A stretch of 48,728 nucleotides of DNA from Janthinobacterium sp. Its GTDB lineage: Bacteria > Pseudomonadota > Gammaproteobacteria > Burkholderiales > Burkholderiaceae_D. Under the pieces are notes generated by a model that made no database searches, was not told where the DNA came from, and saw only the letters and a program-made list of their open reading frames with translations. Location: the NCBI GenBank assembly GCA_036009485.1, contig DASYLQ010000316.1, positions 1 to 48,728 on the forward strand, written 5' to 3'. The translations under genes and the position numbers were made by a program. Shown here piece after piece: positions 48,427 to 48,728 of the stretch (the stretch's first letter is position 1; each line of letters opens with the position of its first letter).

Positions 48427-48532
48427 TTATTAAAATGTGCTCAAATATGTATTTTTCTTAATGCGCCATTAATGAAAGAGGGTGGATGCTAAAGCGCCAG
48501 CGGGCATGCGCGCTCCAGGCTGGACCTGAACG

Positions 48533-48565
48533 AAAAAAAAGCGGTAAATCGTCAGATTTACCGCT
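48533..48565 (-). terminator. Rho-independent terminator of sseA
   Basis: Perfect stem GCGGTAAATC/GATTTACCGC with 4-nt loop, followed on the minus strand by T8, about 30 nt after the stop codon. Confidence 0.88.
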
Positions 48566-48593
48566 GGTATGTGAGGGCAGAAAAGCCAGGCGC

Positions 48594-48728
48594 TCAAGCC
48601 CCGGTCGCCACCGGCCTGGCCGGATCGGCCACCCACTCGCTCCAGGAACCCGGGTACAGCGCGGCGCCGTGCAGGCCGGCCACTTCCAGGGCCAGCAGAT
48701 TGTGGCAAGCCGTCACGCCCGAGCCGCA
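48594..48728 (-). CDS. sseA: 3-mercaptopyruvate sulfurtransferase / rhodanese, 3' end only
   Basis: Manual translation [44 protein letters not shown], with active-site CGSGVT and GSWSEW signature. Not in the ORF track. Confidence 0.9.
   Translation of the reverse strand, partial: CGSGVTACHNLLALEVAGLHGAALYPGSWSEWVADPARPVATGA

Noticed and set aside
48469-48708. 79-aa minus-strand ORF in the track
   Set aside because: Off-frame to the sseA C-terminus and runs through its terminator.

Overview
High-GC betaproteobacterial chromosome segment. Gene order and protein style suggest Oxalobacteraceae/Burkholderiales (inference). It is mostly conserved housekeeping DNA: nucleoside kinase, DUF3426, prmA-accC-accB-aroQ, tlpA, mpl-yqiA-ubiC-RNB, tonB-like-aroE-mtgA, hemL, thiD-like, rubredoxin, the pilG-pilH-pilI-pilJ-chpA chemosensory cluster, algH-yqgF-pyrR-pyrB-pyrC', acyltransferase, thrB, polA, a ZIP transporter and the 3' end of sseA (absent from the ORF track). 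Three modules look accessory: (i) a sugar ABC importer plus TIM-barrel and Gfo/Idh/MocA enzymes at the left edge; (ii) a two-gene NitT/TauT-like ABC transporter with no cognate binding-protein gene, preceded by a Pho-box-like repeat exactly 10 nt before a TATACT -10 element and abutting a convergent orphan LivJ-type binding protein; (iii) a porin with an N-terminal Gln-rich extension and a near-consensus FNR box. I saw no rRNA, tRNA, CRISPR array, transposase, integrase or phage genes. I cannot demonstrate a clearly new system. The best leads are the Pho-box/SBP-less ABC module, a probable non-canonical ATC start for the ZIP gene, the FNR-box porin and several degenerate-enzyme and non-coding repeat signals.
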